DNA of 62,480 nt, the filler included, from Sphacelaria rigidula (Eukaryota), in NCBI GenBank assembly GCA_964200075.2. It is 8 parts of 8 records of this genome, joined end to end, with 100 filler letters (N's around TTAATTAATTAA, not from the genome) between each part and the next. Parts side by side here need not be neighbours in the genome. Positions count along the whole stretch, not along the records: positions 7,825 to 15,547 come from CAXNAA020013664.1; positions 15,648 to 23,370 come from CAXNAA020013665.1; positions 23,471 to 31,193 come from CAXNAA020013666.1; 5 more parts are not named here. One strand, 5' to 3'. Below, one piece after another: positions 11,208 to 23,920 of this stretch. Position 1 is the first letter of the stretch; each line of letters begins with the position of its first letter. The notes beneath the pieces are model-generated. The model was not told the origin of the DNA. It saw only the letters and a program-made list of their open reading frames with translations, and did no database searches. Both the position numbers and the translations under genes were made by a program.

Positions 11208-12479
11208 TGGGGCGAAGAACCGAAACAATCAGGAGGGTATTCACAGCAAGAAACTGCTAATGTGAGCTATTGATTAGGAGTGATGAGCGCCGATGTGTGC
11301 GTTACACACCAAGCCGATACTGCTGTTATACCCTCCCGTTTGGTTCTCGTGGGAAAACCGAGATGCCGCACCTCTGTCATGAGGATGCATACTAGCCTGT
11401 TGTCATGCCGCTTCAGACCCGTTGTCGAAGCCTGGCTTTCGTTGTCGAAGTCTGGCTTTCGGTAATATTGGGAATCCCGGTAGATAAGGAACCCCGGTAG
11501 ACAAGACTACAGGTTTGTTCAGAGTTGGTCGGATACGAATGTGAACCTGTACAATTACAGGGATGGCTTGTCTTCGATCGTGCTTCACGATCAAAGCCCC
11601 CCCCTACCAACCACTATCAACTGCTCCCCTCTGCTAGCCAGCAAAAGGAAGTCTAACCATCGGTGAGAGATATTGGCTGGTTTGGGTTGGATTGATCGAG
11701 TGGGTATCGGATTTAAAATCAAGATAATTAAGAGAGAAGTCAAGAACCTATTGCGTGAACCTCGGCTGATATTTGAATACTGATCAGGTTACACGGTATC
11801 TACAAGTTGTAACAGCCTGACGGTCGTACACTTGCCTGCCAAGCTTGTGCCCTGGGTTGCAAGCTGTGTCCTTGCATTATACTGTCGCTTGCTCTGTATC
11901 ACACCTCGCTTCATGCTTTGAGTGACACGAGTACTCCTTCGAACAAGAGCCGGATCCAGTGGAATAGATTATTTAGACAGGTCTCAAATGAGGATGCTTG
12001 GGTCTTTATGCCGCTGCACCGGTTGTCAAATCCACCCCACGCAACAGCTGCGGTGCGCTCGGTGATAGCCGCGCGATGCAGCTTCTAGGAGCAATGTTGT
12101 GTTATCTTTAGCCATCATGTGACGGTTACGGTGAGATACCTGTGATCTGCGATGGCGCTCGAATGAAGCAGGGATCACGGGGAAACAGTAAAACAAAATG
12201 AGGGTATCTTTGCCAAGTACGGTTGAGTTATTCCGAAATGAGGGGTGGTGATGTCAAATTCATCCTTTCAGCAGACTGTACTGACTGTCGCAACTACAGT
12301 ACAATACAGGTGCCCGACGCACGGCACTAGCGCGACAGAGCGTTGTTCGTCTCACCGAAAACGAAAGAGTCCACATACCCACGAAGTTTTTAATAAAAGT
12401 ACAGACAGCACTGCGCGCGACTAAGATTGTTTTCGGTAGGGACGAACACAACAACAGTATTACTGCTCATGCAATCCAA

Positions 12480-14080
12480 AACAGTGTACGTGATTCGTGA
12501 ATGCCCCGCAGCAGGACGGGCAGGAAAACTTCGACACCTGAGAGGGCTTGAAGGCTTTTGCTGTGAGACAGTAGGGAAACAAGATGTTCCATGATTTAGT
12601 CCTCCGGCTAATTGTGGAAGGGTCTTCAAATTGAAGCCAACGCCAAGTGAACCCTCCACTATAGCCGCACTTCATTCCATTCACCTAGGATTATCCGGAT
12701 CGGTTTGGGAAGGTTGACGTGAGATGCGAGCTTCACACGCTACTTAATTAAGCAGATTCGGGCCCGGCACATCTTCGTTATCCCGACTTCTGTACACCAG
12801 GCGGTCAGACCTCTGTCAATTACCCCACACTTGCATCTGGGCAAACTGATTATGTACACAGGACCATACCCATGTTATCACACGGTAATGGGGTGACTGA
12901 GCTGTATTGAAATGCACTGAAATTCGGTACCGCTGCTTCCGTACAGCTTTACGACAAATACTGTAGCGCATCCAGGCGGGCAGTCAGGTTGTGGTGACGC
13001 TACATCAGCCGTTCGCCAACGCCAGCCATGCTTGAAGGGCCGTATTTCAAAACCTGATATGTTGACTGTGATGCGGCTTCACAACGCCGCCGCATACCGT
13101 TACTCGCCATGTACATGCAGGTTCACAGTGCTACCGCGTGTCTGGTAAAAATGATGTAAAAAAGGTGGCGGTTAAAACTAACGATGCGCGGTAGATCGAA
13201 ACGTTCCGTCTATCAAACCCTAAAACTTATCACGACCTGCCTTAGCGAGTCTCTATCAACTTATTAATTACGCCTGCCGACAGACTGAGTAGACAATGTC
13301 ATTAACGGGAACTTGCGAAGTTTGAATGGACGAAACGAGGCACCCTCCCGGTCAGGGAGGGCAGGTCATTGAGTTGCGGGAGGTTCACTGTTATGAAAAA
13401 TGGATGTATACCCCTCGCAGTTCTCCCTGCTGGATAGTTCGAGGGCTGGGGGTTATCTGCTCCGATACTAAATAGAAACCAGACCCAACCGTGTAGTTTA
13501 GTTATGTCCACAACTTTTGAAGAAACCCAGCAAACAATCATCGGTTATGGTTTGCGATATATATGAGGATTGAGAGGTGAACGTTTCCGTTCTAAAACGG
13601 TCGATAGTCTAACGGGAAGCTCCTGTCGCGCCACCAGTGGGTAGTGCAACTAGCCCTTGCTGGTGCATGTTGTACTAGTGTGTAGCAATCATGACAGTAT
13701 CTACTAAAATGTACACACCTTTTCGATTACCCGCTCCATATTATCGAAAGGAAATAACACGGTGAATCAAGAATGATCCACCATCAGTCATCAATAACTC
13801 AAGGAATGGGATCACTTACCTATGTTCACCCTGGCTAGGATGATCAATTCAACACTGCCACGATTGGGCAGCTACGGAGAGTGCTGCGAGACAAGATACC
13901 TGCACGAGGCCACCAGGCGGACACTACACCATCTCCCGTTGTTTGTCCACTCTGCACCTATCGACAATCAAATTCCAACGCGGTTTGTCTGTCCGTGCAT
14001 GTTATGACTACCATCAGACAAGGCTGCGTTTGTCTGGGCAGGGCTTCTGGTCTTGAGGGTCTACGGGTTCCACATATTCC
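12480..14080 (+). pseudogene. Heavily decayed, intronless PIF1-family (SF1B) helicase
   Basis: Motif remnants occur in correct order across frameshifts: Walker A-like 12511-12530; IGLG 12699-12710; LIM..IPMLS 12846-12880; GG.Q..CGD.HQ 12975-13008; VLPRVW 13128-13145; NG.L.YV ~13805-13826; LPL..K.Q.GLS 13933-13990; RQGCVCLGRASGLEGLRV 14016-14069 (cf. GQAYVALSRARSLEGL). Confidence 0.6.
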
Positions 14081-15547
14081 TTTTGCCGATATATACCGAG
14101 AAGAAACCGACCAGGCGGTTGGCTGGTACTGAACAACGAAAGTAATAACTGTAGGCATTATGCACTATGCTAGCATGGAAGCCAGACAACGTGTGAATGA
14201 ATTGGGGAAAGCGCGTGAGTCCGGAGTATGCGTGCGTTATGCAATAGGCTCACCCACAAGCAGGCAGGAAATCACTACATACAGGGAAATATGATGTGGC
14301 ATGAAGCTAGGGGGGGTATCACCTGCGACCACGTAAAATACCATGTTATGCTATGCTTGCTTACACCCGGTGGCAGGTCAAATATTTCGCACACAGCAAT
14401 GGAACCGTTGAAGCGGTGTGATCTCCCTTACGCCTTGAAATAAAAAACTTGCCCTCACGGGTGAGTACACAGGGTCGAAATGTGAAAGCCGATCGTGCAA
14501 GGAGCTGTGGGATGAGACAGCTTCATGCTTGCTTTATAGCCGTGACAGGTCGAATCTTGTCGTGTAGACCTGAATGAGGAGAGTCACGGTGGATGCTAGG
14601 ATTGCATGACTCTCTAGACTGCTTTACTAAATCAATCCATGCAACAGCTGCTGTGTGCTTCCTGCTATGTGATGCAGCTGAAAAGAGGAACACAACACTA
14701 TGCCGTCTTCACCCATTAAGCTTGTGCTTACTGTATTTATCATACGGGAGTTTTCATCACGTTTGCACACCAGAAACGGGATGGTGTATACAGACGAGGT
14801 TGACAGTAAATATGAGTTGAACTCTTACTAATTCGACGATAATCTATATTCGTGCGCCGCTAGACGGACTAACGTTAGACTTGTTCACAACTGACGCTAC
14901 TGTTGCTGTACGCTATGATTTTTGGAGTTTCATACAGCTGACTGAAATGGAACCACGGTACAAAACAATATGCTGCTCCACACAGACTCAAGCTCGACAA
15001 GACCCGCTGAATTAAAAATCGCTTGTGTCTCCACACATTGAGTTGCGATAACACCCTTGGGTTTTACGACATGCTACCGTTTTATTTATTGTGATGCTGT
15101 TACAATATGGCTGTACGAGATGACGGTGCTGACTGATTACGGCCTGCACCATCTCCTGGATGAAATCGTTCACTTTGTACTCAGTCTAACAGTGCATGAG
15201 TAATGTGTTTTCACTGTGGGCACAAAACTGTTCCGAATCACCATCGAATATCCAATGTCGGACTATGCATGCGGAAGAATCTCTGCCGTATACTGTCTAT
15301 TCGAGACTAAACAGCCGATCCTAATTTTTGGGGTTGAAACGAAAAATGAGGTTGAAGCCCCATTTCTCTAGTGCAGGGAAGATACAAAAGAGTAACACAG
15401 AGCGAAAGTATCTTCCCCCCCCAAACCCCGCAGAAGGGCTTAACCGTCAGACCGCGAGAGTAGATCACCTGCTGAATCGGCATCAATATTCACTTGGAAA
15501 AAGTACACGTGGTCCAGATCGACTACCAACACCGCGGTCCAAGGGTT

Positions 15548-15647
15548 NNNNNNNNNNNNNNNNNNNNNNNNNNNNNNNNNNNNNNNNNNNNTTAATTAAT
15601 TAANNNNNNNNNNNNNNNNNNNNNNNNNNNNNNNNNNNNNNNNNNNN
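15548..15647. other. Artificial contig spacer
   Basis: 44 N + TTAATTAATTAA + 44 N. Confidence 0.98.
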
Positions 15648-16094
15648 GTATCACCCTAGGGTATATCAGGGTACGACACTGTACTCGAAGGATTGTTTAC
15701 CGCCTGCCTGCTCCTCGGCTTCATGCACGAGAACGCAGTACCACACTCACGCAAAAAATGACGGTCTGTGAACAGAACCGTTTCGCAAATCTGTGACACT
15801 GTACCGCCTGTGCCATGAAATGGTTACCCCGATTTTGACTACACGAATTTGAGTCCCCCCGATTTTTTAAAAAAAGAATCGGGATTCGTTTGCCATGAAA
15901 GTAGGTCTAACCCCTTAAAACGGCGTGAAGTTTTGCCGATGAGTGTTTTGGTTTTTTTTTCAGTGAATCAGCCTGTATCCTCGTGTTGTTGTAAACCTGT
16001 GTACAGGTGTACAGCAACGTCAGCCATAGGTGTGTTGTAAAATGTACTAAAGCGCTACGAGCTGGGCCAGCCTACAGGCTGCATGAAAGTTTGC

Positions 16095-16370
16095 AGGCGG
16101 ATCCGCCGGGCAATATTTGGAGTTAGACCCTGAAATTCGGTATGGATAATGCACAGGGCATAATAAAAAATTGGGAAGAAGCACATGAAGGTTTTTGTTT
16201 TTTTTTCTTGAGTTAAGGGCGTTTTGCTGAAACCTGAAAACTGATCATTGCTCTTAACTCACGAAAAAAAAAAAAATCATGCGCTTCTTTCCGATTTTTT
16301 ATTATGCTCCATGCAATGTCCATACCAAATTTCAGGGTCCAACTCTAAATATTGCCCGGCGCATTCGCCT
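16095..16370. mobile_element. Foldback MITE (~276 bp)
   Basis: Long inverted arms AGGCGGATCCGCCGGGCAATATTTGGAGTTAGACCCTGAAATT... / ...AATTTCAGGGTCCAACTCTAAATATTGCCCGGCGCATTCGCCT, pairing over ~120 bp. Confidence 0.88.
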
Positions 16371-17459
16371 TTTAAGAATCGGATCGGTAGAAATTCGGAA
16401 CAGTATTTCGAAGGCCACCTACCGGCCCACGTTTGGTCGTGTGTATTGAAATTCTGTGTGGGCCCTCGTCAGCGCATAATTAACAAAACTCAGTAGTCCA
16501 TATTTTTCTAGTCATTTTTCCACTGGTTGAGGGCGTTTTGGTATAGTAAAGACCATTTCTTCACGATAACGCCCTGACCTCTGTGAAAAAATAAAAAATA
16601 TGAAGGCCCATTTTTTTTTTTACCCGGCGCTCTTTTGCGGTCCTCCATGCTAACTTTTAGGTCAAAATTCGAAATCTTGAGCTCAAACATTGAGACAAGG
16701 CCCAACAGCGATGTACATTTCTCCTCAAAACTCCACTAAAAACACGAAAAAAATGAAAAAAAAATGAAGAAAAATTATAGAGGTAACAAGCTGTTTTTAT
16801 TTATTTCTACTATGCACTAGCAGTTCACCACACGAAATTTTATGGAACAACTCTCAAAAACTGAGACGCGATAGCCAGATTCAGGGCATCTAGTGCCTCT
16901 GCTCGTCGTATATTGATTTTAGTATACAAACTTATGTGCGCCATATCACGGGATAGATAACGAATTAGGTGAAGGTGAAGGTATCTGTCGTCTCACCTTG
17001 CTCCAGAGAATGTCCACACCGAAATTCGTTGCCATCCGCTAAATGCATCGATCGGGGGTTCCATAGAGATTTCAGTATAGGCGCTATCTCCCTTAGGTAT
17101 AGGAATCACTAGACATGGGGTTAAATCAACGAGAAAATATGGGCCCAAAATTTCAAGCAGATGGGCACCTTCCCCTTGATTAGACAATTAATACGATATG
17201 CCGATCACGGCCCAACTCGTCCGTGTCGATGAGATATTGCTTTTCGAGCTTAAATCCGTTTGAAGGCTGGCCCAGCTCGTATAGTAAATTTTGCATAAGC
17301 GCCGTTGTCATTTCGAGTGAACTTGTGATCGATACTGATTGGTTCATTCCAGCTATATAGTGCCCAAGGTCGGTCCCCAATCACCCCCATAACAGTGTAG
17401 TGAAAGGTTCCGTGGATGAAAGAACCATGAGTGTGTGCTGTGTGTATTACAGTTAGTGA

Positions 17460-17691
17460 AAAAAAACGACTCAACGGTCGACGAGGGAAAGGGATTCATT
17501 CATTATTGCCGAAGCCCTTTCGTGATATAGAATAAAGGCGAGCACCGGAGAGGAAAGGTGAGGTACAAGAAACAAAAAGAAAAAAGGAAGCTCTTGTGTT
17601 GACCTTCCTCCTGTGTGACCCCGGCTGGTGCGCCCACATATACCGAAAGGTGTAGACCGGCACCCAGAATAGATGGGGCGACAACACACAC
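17460..17691 (+). mobile_element. tRNA-derived SINE, 5'-truncated copy
   Basis: Homologous to 51245-51460 and 53195-53424; ends ...AGAATAGATGGGGCGACAACACACAC. Confidence 0.8.
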
Positions 17692-19061
17692 CCTCCACGA
17701 GTGAAAAAAAGTGACATGCCAGCATTGCAACTAGCGCTTGGAGAATCACGGGCTGCCCACATGTTTCAGAGGATATATTGACATTTATTTTGTTGATGGG
17801 GCGAGGTTCTTGCGTTGATTCACGGTGCCAAGGACGTCATGTCGCCTACCTGCACAGAGGCACGCCTGCTTTCAGCGACGATCGGCAAGCCGGAACAATG
17901 CATACCAGCAACCAGGACCAAAAACGACCGAGTGATTCGTTTTCAGCTTCAGTGACTAACGATCCATCTGCTCCAGGACGGGATTGACCGTAACATTGGG
18001 CACAGGCGGCACATAGTATCATACTTCACAGATACTGAACAAGTCACTGAGACCGTTATCTTCCACTGCGGAGATTCCAGGGATGTTTACCGCAGGAACA
18101 CTCTACAGAAACTACAGTACACCATAAGTTCACAGTGGCACAAACGGGCTAATCGACCTCTCGCTGTTGAAAGGTTCATGCAAAGAATGTGGTAGCAGCA
18201 GCACAGGTGACGAAAACAAGCTTAGTGCCGCGGATATCTATCCCCGAAACCCAGTCGGGATGTATTTCAAGTTCATCAAGTTGTCAAATATTCGCATAAA
18301 TTCACGTATCCCACCTGAAAATTCGACGCACCGGGTGACATACGTTTGACCCACCCCGTCGCCAACATCCTAACGTGGCGCATACTTGTTTGTCCAACCC
18401 TAACCCTAACCACAACCGCAACCAAAAACGGAGAACTCTCTGGCATGGGGAACGCAGAGGCTGCCCTACGCCAAACCTGAGCTGGCCGAGACAAAATCGA
18501 CACTGCAGGCGCCGATCTAACCAAAAACGCGTGGTAAGCACGGCGACAAGCGCCTAAGCCTTTTCACCCCCGAAAGATCCAAGTGTCGTCGTCTACACTC
18601 AGAAGCAATAACTCTTCAACCATGACATTTGGTCGCGGGTTGGGATATGAACTTCGTTGCTTCGGAGTAACCGCTGGAGGAGCTGGAGCTCCCTATGGCT
18701 ACTGCGCCTCCCCACGGGAAGGGGTTGGCAGCTACACCCGTCGCCTCGATAACACTGCATGCGCTCGAAGTAAAAGATTTCCTACTCGGTAGGTGTGTGG
18801 GCTTCGACTATTATTGAGGGAGGGTGAGGATTTTGAACGGCAGTCAAACATATAAAATATAAAAGTGAAGAGTAAACCAGGTGCTGGTGGTGACAAGTAA
18901 CACATCTCAAGGGTTAACCTTGTTGACTTCTAAGGCATCTATCTCTCTGTATCCATGTATGTCAATACGGACATTTTGTGAATCGGTTTTCACGTAAGGA
19001 TGCTCCTGTAGTGGGGCCCGGAAATGTTTACAGTCGCGGAAGAGTTGAGGCTAGACCTCAC

Positions 19062-19202
19062 CTTTTTTTCTCCAAGTTTGGTCATGCCGACCTTCATCTC
19101 GTTGCCCATCTCCTTGAGCCTATTGGCGAATTTTGTCGACGTGGATGATCCACTTCCGCCCCCACCACCGCCTCCGCCCCCCTCTTGTTCATCATCCTGG
19201 TC
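19062..19202 (-). CDS. HEATR5: Coding exon of HEATR5-like gene (acidic/Gly linker: DQDDEQEGGGG...KLGEKK)
   Basis: TCTGCAG acceptor, AAG|GTGAGG donor, 141 bp, phase 0/0. In phase with the upstream exon 21721-21970 in the same contig. Confidence 0.7.
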
Positions 19203-19754
19203 CTGCAGACCAACGGAACAGAGAAAAAGTATGTGTAACACAAGGAATATATGCAAATAGGAACTGTCGAAACAGATGTATACAAGGGAAGCCTGCAAAA
19301 AAAGTAGCCGTTGTCATATGCATCCCACACAGGACAAAACAAGACAAAACGAAACGAAACAAATGACTACCATGAGCGCATGTCTCTTTGTCAGACTTGT
19401 ACTTCTCGTCCATTGCTTCAGCAGCGCGCTTATTCACTCTTGGACGACACAAAAAAGTGGCGAGAACTGCAGAAATGATGTCCCTTTTGCGAAAAAATCT
19501 AGAATTTATTTCACCGCGGACACATCTTCCGCCCGCTTTCATGCCATATCTAGCAGTTGCCGTGATGTTCTTGGTGCGGCAGAACCCCGAAAAGCATCCC
19601 AACGACCGTTTTCAAGAACTCGTCTTAGGAGTACAACCTACCTTAGCTTGATGACTTGCGTGGTTTTGATAGTAGAACTCAACACCGGGGAGCATTCTGA
19701 TGGTACCAGCCAACAATGATCCCCTCACACGTACTCTGCGTAGCACTACCACAC

Positions 19755-20085
19755 CGCGGAAGTAGGTTAACCGGAGTTGGCCTACATTTCATCCATGGTT
19801 AACACATTTTACAACTATCGAAAACCCTGACCCTAACCCCAATCCAAGGCATACCGAGAACCCTCGGGCAAGGGAGGTACATAGGTCTCCCTAGGCAAAG
19901 GGTGGCGTTGGTGGACCTCAAATCGGCGCCTAATGGCGCCGATTTCGACAAAAACGCGTTCTGCGCACGCTAGGAGCACACGGGACCTGTCAAGTCCAAC
20001 GAAGAGATTCAATTCTCGTTGTTCACTCTCGAATCAAGAAATCCAACTGCGTAGCCCAACTCCGGTTAACTTTACTGGCACCGCG
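19755..20085. mobile_element. MITE with degenerate TIRs
   Basis: AGTAGGTTAACCGGAGTTGGCCTAC (19761-19785) is inverted relative to GTAGCCCAACTCCGGTTAACTTTACT (20051-20076). Internal ACCCTGACCCTAACCC motif. Confidence 0.65.
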
Positions 20086-21720
20086 TGTCCGATCAGAACA
20101 CGTGCGTCATCAAAACCGTCCACTTCCAACACGTTTCACTTTTGAACGTGCCATCGTTACCCGTTACTGCACCCAAAATCGCGGGTGGTAGTGTTACGAC
20201 GCAAGAGGCTCTAGCGCACACAGCAGAACAGACCGCCCACGATTCCTCGTTGTACTTTCGCGCGAACTCTTATCAACAAGCTTGCTTCTCTCCGCTATAG
20301 CTATGTTGACTCTGTATCAGTTTCCAGTAAAGAATAGGCAAGGCACCGAGCCATCGATCTGCAGCGATTTCCGCATTTCCCCACCAAAATGCCTTGTAAC
20401 ATGAAATCAGAGGGCAGGCTTGATTGCTTCCATCAAAGCAGCAACGAACGGTGAGTGTACCATGCCCGCCAGAGTAAGACCAGCACCGCATCTCGTGGGG
20501 AGTGTCCAGCATGCTGAATCTCTTGTGAGTCAGCCCTAGTTCTTCATCCAAACGACGCCAGATATCCGCGGAAAGTGCTCTGTGACTACAATCAGTATGA
20601 TAGACCGTAGTCTGCAGTCTTGACCTGTGTATAGAACCACTGACTTGTGTGTAGTGAAGGTTGTGTGTGTGTGTGCGCGCGCGCGCGATATGTGTGGCTT
20701 GCTAAAACTCGTGGAAGCGGAGGGGGGAACAATTGCAAGAGAGCTACGCATGTTGAGGGCCACCGTACTGCGCTAGGATCCGAACACGGCCCCAGCCGTC
20801 CCGACTCATTTTGCCTCGATTTGCCTATCGGTTAGGTTCGCAGCACGCAGCGAAAGCACACAAGATTAAAGCTTCTGCTGCCAGAAGCACAGAAGGGCGT
20901 GTGACAACATTCTCATATATCGAAAGTTTTGTCAGCACGCAAGATTCTGGCGTCCTGGTTGGTTAGTTTAAGTTGTCGGAACTGACTGGTCGAAATGCCG
21001 TTGGACATGTTTTAGGCAAAACGGAACCTATGTTGACTAGGCCAACAGTGTGACAGTTGTACGCTGAATACCACTGCCCTGAACAGTATATTCGGCTGAT
21101 ATGTCTTGGCTACTTTTAACACCATGCCGATACCTCAGTGCTACACCGGGGTACGTTGGATACCACCCTGGAACAAGGACCCCAGATAATGTCTTTTGGG
21201 GTCTTCACAGCTATCACCATCCACGTGTGTTACAATACACCATGCGCCGCTTGACACGTGCCCAACCATCGACAAATAACTGCTCGTTGAACCATCCAAC
21301 ACCTTTGGTTGAGAAAAGACAATATATTTCTTGTCGGAGATCGGAGTGCTCCGCTCTGCATCTACTACTCTAGGCCTGACTGATTTGCTCCATTCCGAAG
21401 GATACGCTCGGCAATCATTGGATCGCTGGATCGCTGAAGCATCGCAACGCATATGCACACAGACTACAGCGCGCGTTCAAGACTAACCTCTCACCACCAC
21501 GACAGCCCAGGTTACGCAACATCACAACACTCACCCTACACGCCTGACCCTTCGTAGTAACCAGCCGTCAGTGTGTTCATTCTCAGCAGCACTACTTTCC
21601 ACGCCCACAGCAAGCGAAGCGCAACAACAGCCACGAACCTACAACCATAGTCCCAACCACAGTAGAAACCTCTCATCCACCATCCCCCCCCCCTTCCGAT
21701 CACGAGCAACGTCAACAAAC

Positions 21721-21970
21721 CTGATCTCTAGCGGCTATGACGCCCAACCGTTCGTTCTCGGCAGTACTGCCCTCCACGCCCATAGAGAGCGCAGCGCCCG
21801 TGGCAGCCGCCGCAGCCAATCTAGCAGCAGGGGATTCGTCGTCCAAACCCCTTACGCACAACGCCACCAAAGCCTCCAATGGCACGGGGGACGTCGGGGC
21901 GGCGAGATTTGGGGCAGCTTCGGCCAAGGACAGACAGAGCTTGTACGCTTTCACCCGAACATCGGGACAC
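21721..21970 (-). CDS. HEATR5: Coding exon of a HEAT-repeat protein, HEATR5A/B-SWEETIE-Laa1 family (N-terminal region)
   Basis: TTCAG acceptor, CAG|GTTTGT donor, 250 bp. CPDVRVKAYKLCLSLAE...LEALVALCVRGLDDESPAARLAAAAATGAALSMG follows the family pattern D...VR.....CL......L......C...L.....VR.......G..L (recognised from memory, not searched). Confidence 0.8.
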
Positions 21971-22967
21971 CTGAATGATATCAATTGATGAGTAAGAAGA
22001 CAGAAAATATATACATTCATCGAGGTGATATCTAGAAAAGGGTGTCGTGGCGTTTTTTCAGGACATGGATACCGTGAACTCGACGGATGGAATTGCGAAG
22101 GTATAAGTGGAGAGTCATGTTCTAGAAGAATATCGGCCAGTGCTTAGAGAGATGCAGAGCTGATGCACCTCTACTTGCACGTCAGGACACCTGCACGACG
22201 TGTTTACTCGGTAGTTGAGCGACAAAAAAAAATAATGCTCCGGGCAATTTTCAAGAGATGTGGTTACTGTGAACTTGGATGGAGAACGCTTAAGGTAGGA
22301 GTAGAGAACATCTGTGCAAAAAAGCATCGATCTTCGAGAGAGATGATGCTTGCATGCCTTCACTCCCACATCGGAACACCCCCATGATGCCAAATTGGTG
22401 GGGGGGGAACCTTGAAATCCAGGAGAATCATATACTTAGACTCCAAGCGCCCCTCTTATGTAACAAACACGAATGAAACGCACTGTCAGCGGTGGTCATG
22501 ATCACTCAGCGCACATCATAATCCAGTCCTAGTCCTCAACTCGCACACAGTTCCCATCTGTGAAATACCCGTAAAGGGTGAAACGTCGCGCCCAACAGTC
22601 TGCAGAGGACTGAGCACCCTGTTCACAACGGCGTCGCTTGTCGAACTATCCACCTCGGGGCCATGGGGTCGTCATTTCGAATTGGGCTTTAATCATCACA
22701 TAAACGAAACACCCGCCAGAGTTGAGCGGGCCGCAAGAATGCCGACGAGCCCAAGTTGAAGTCACTACCATACCATTGTACTTTGAAGTAGTACGGAGAA
22801 AATTCCGACACAACGGCATGAAGGTGTGGATGTGGCACAGTCCGCACGGATGAAGACTGCAGATCGTGAACGCAAAAGAAGTACAAAGTCATCATCCTTA
22901 GCTGGTCATCACGATTACCCCCACAAGCCCCTCGTAAAAAGAGCAGAGATACACGCAAATTTCGGCG

Positions 22968-23049
22968 GAAGGGGCGGGAGGGGGAGAGGGGGGGGGGGGG
23001 GGGGGGGGCACCCACAGCGCCAGGCGCCGAGGGGGGGGGGGGGGGGGGG

Positions 23050-23088
<39 letters not shown>
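22968..23088. repeat. Poly(G) / G-rich tract array
   Basis: Several G runs, the longest ~37 nt. Confidence 0.9.
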
Positions 23089-23092
<4 letters not shown>

Positions 23093-23308
23093 CCTACAAA
23101 CGACGAGTCCACGAAATCTGCAGCGGAGTTGACACCCTTTTCACGGCTAGATAGGGTATATAAGCACCAATATACTACGATGACAGTGACACCCAGACTT
23201 TTCTTGTCAGTGCCAAGATAACGAGATCTTGTTCATACACGAAAGCACCGCAACTGCAGGGCTTCCCCCGCCGATGAAAATCGGGGTTGAGAGAATTTTC
23301 AGGGGCAA

Positions 23309-23370
23309 GGGGGGGGGCGTACTCATTTGTTGCTTGCCTTAGTCGTTTGACCATTGACCCCGCATCCCTT
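23309..23370 (-). mobile_element. LINE family A 3' tail with oligo(C), cut by contig end
   Basis: Reverse complement reads AAGGGATGCGGGGTCAATGGTCAAACGACTAAGGCAAGCAACAAATGAGTACGCCCCCCCCC. Confidence 0.85.
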
Positions 23371-23470
23371 NNNNNNNNNNNNNNNNNNNNNNNNNNNNNN
23401 NNNNNNNNNNNNNNTTAATTAATTAANNNNNNNNNNNNNNNNNNNNNNNNNNNNNNNNNNNNNNNNNNNN
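23371..23470. other. Artificial contig spacer
   Basis: 44 N + TTAATTAATTAA + 44 N. Confidence 0.98.
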
Positions 23471-23920
23471 TACTCATTTGTTGCTTGCCTTAGTCGTTTG
23501 ACCATTGACCACGCATCCCTTTCGAGACGGAGCACGGGGGGGGGCGGACTCATTTGTTGGTTGCGTTGGTCATTTGAACGTTGACCACGCATCCCTTTCG
23601 AGAAAAAGCATTTTCTTACTCCTGAGAGAGACACCTCCAACATTTGGGCGCCCATTACGTTTCTTCCATACATTACACCAAAATCCTTCACATATCCTAT
23701 ACCCTTCCTGACTCGCCGTCTATTGTCAGCATCTATCTCATAGTGTAGCGATCGCTTTATCGCCATTGCCTAATGCACCAAACGATTTCATGCCACCTTT
23801 GTCTACTTCCCATATTTTCCCCCTCTAACTCGTCCCGTTCCTCATTGCATAGTTCACATCCTACAATCATATGAGTTCTACTTTATTGCGTTGCCACAGC
23901 GGTAAGTCTGTGCATCTACG
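23471..23920 (-). mobile_element. Two stacked LINE family A 3' ends (truncated copy ~23546-23920, oligo(C), then a tail-only copy 23471-23535)
   Basis: Reverse complement is collinear with 8925-9294. G-run at ~23536-23544 lies between the two tails, and G-rich 23922-23933 lies at the 5' junction. Confidence 0.85.

Noticed and set aside
13190-13595. Weak inverted repeat suggesting an old insertion within the helicase fossil
   Set aside because: Only roughly two-thirds identity over ~45 bp by eye, and no TSD.
15001-15013. GACCCGCTGAATT resembling the 5' region of 28S rRNA
   Set aside because: Only ~13 nt match and no rRNA sequence continues on either side.
18395-18423. Telomere-like AACCCTAACCCTAACC
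   Set aside because: Only 2-3 units, internal; a similar motif occurs inside the MITE near 19825, so it is not a telomere.
22826-23221. Gly/Pro-rich ORFs (also ~30800-31160 and ~59700-60290)
   Set aside because: Translations of G/C homopolymers without splice or domain support.
23320-23521. Apparent 51-nt overlap between the end of contig 3 and the start of contig 4
   Set aside because: One mismatch, the sequence is the high-copy LINE tail, and contig order is by length, so it does not show adjacency.
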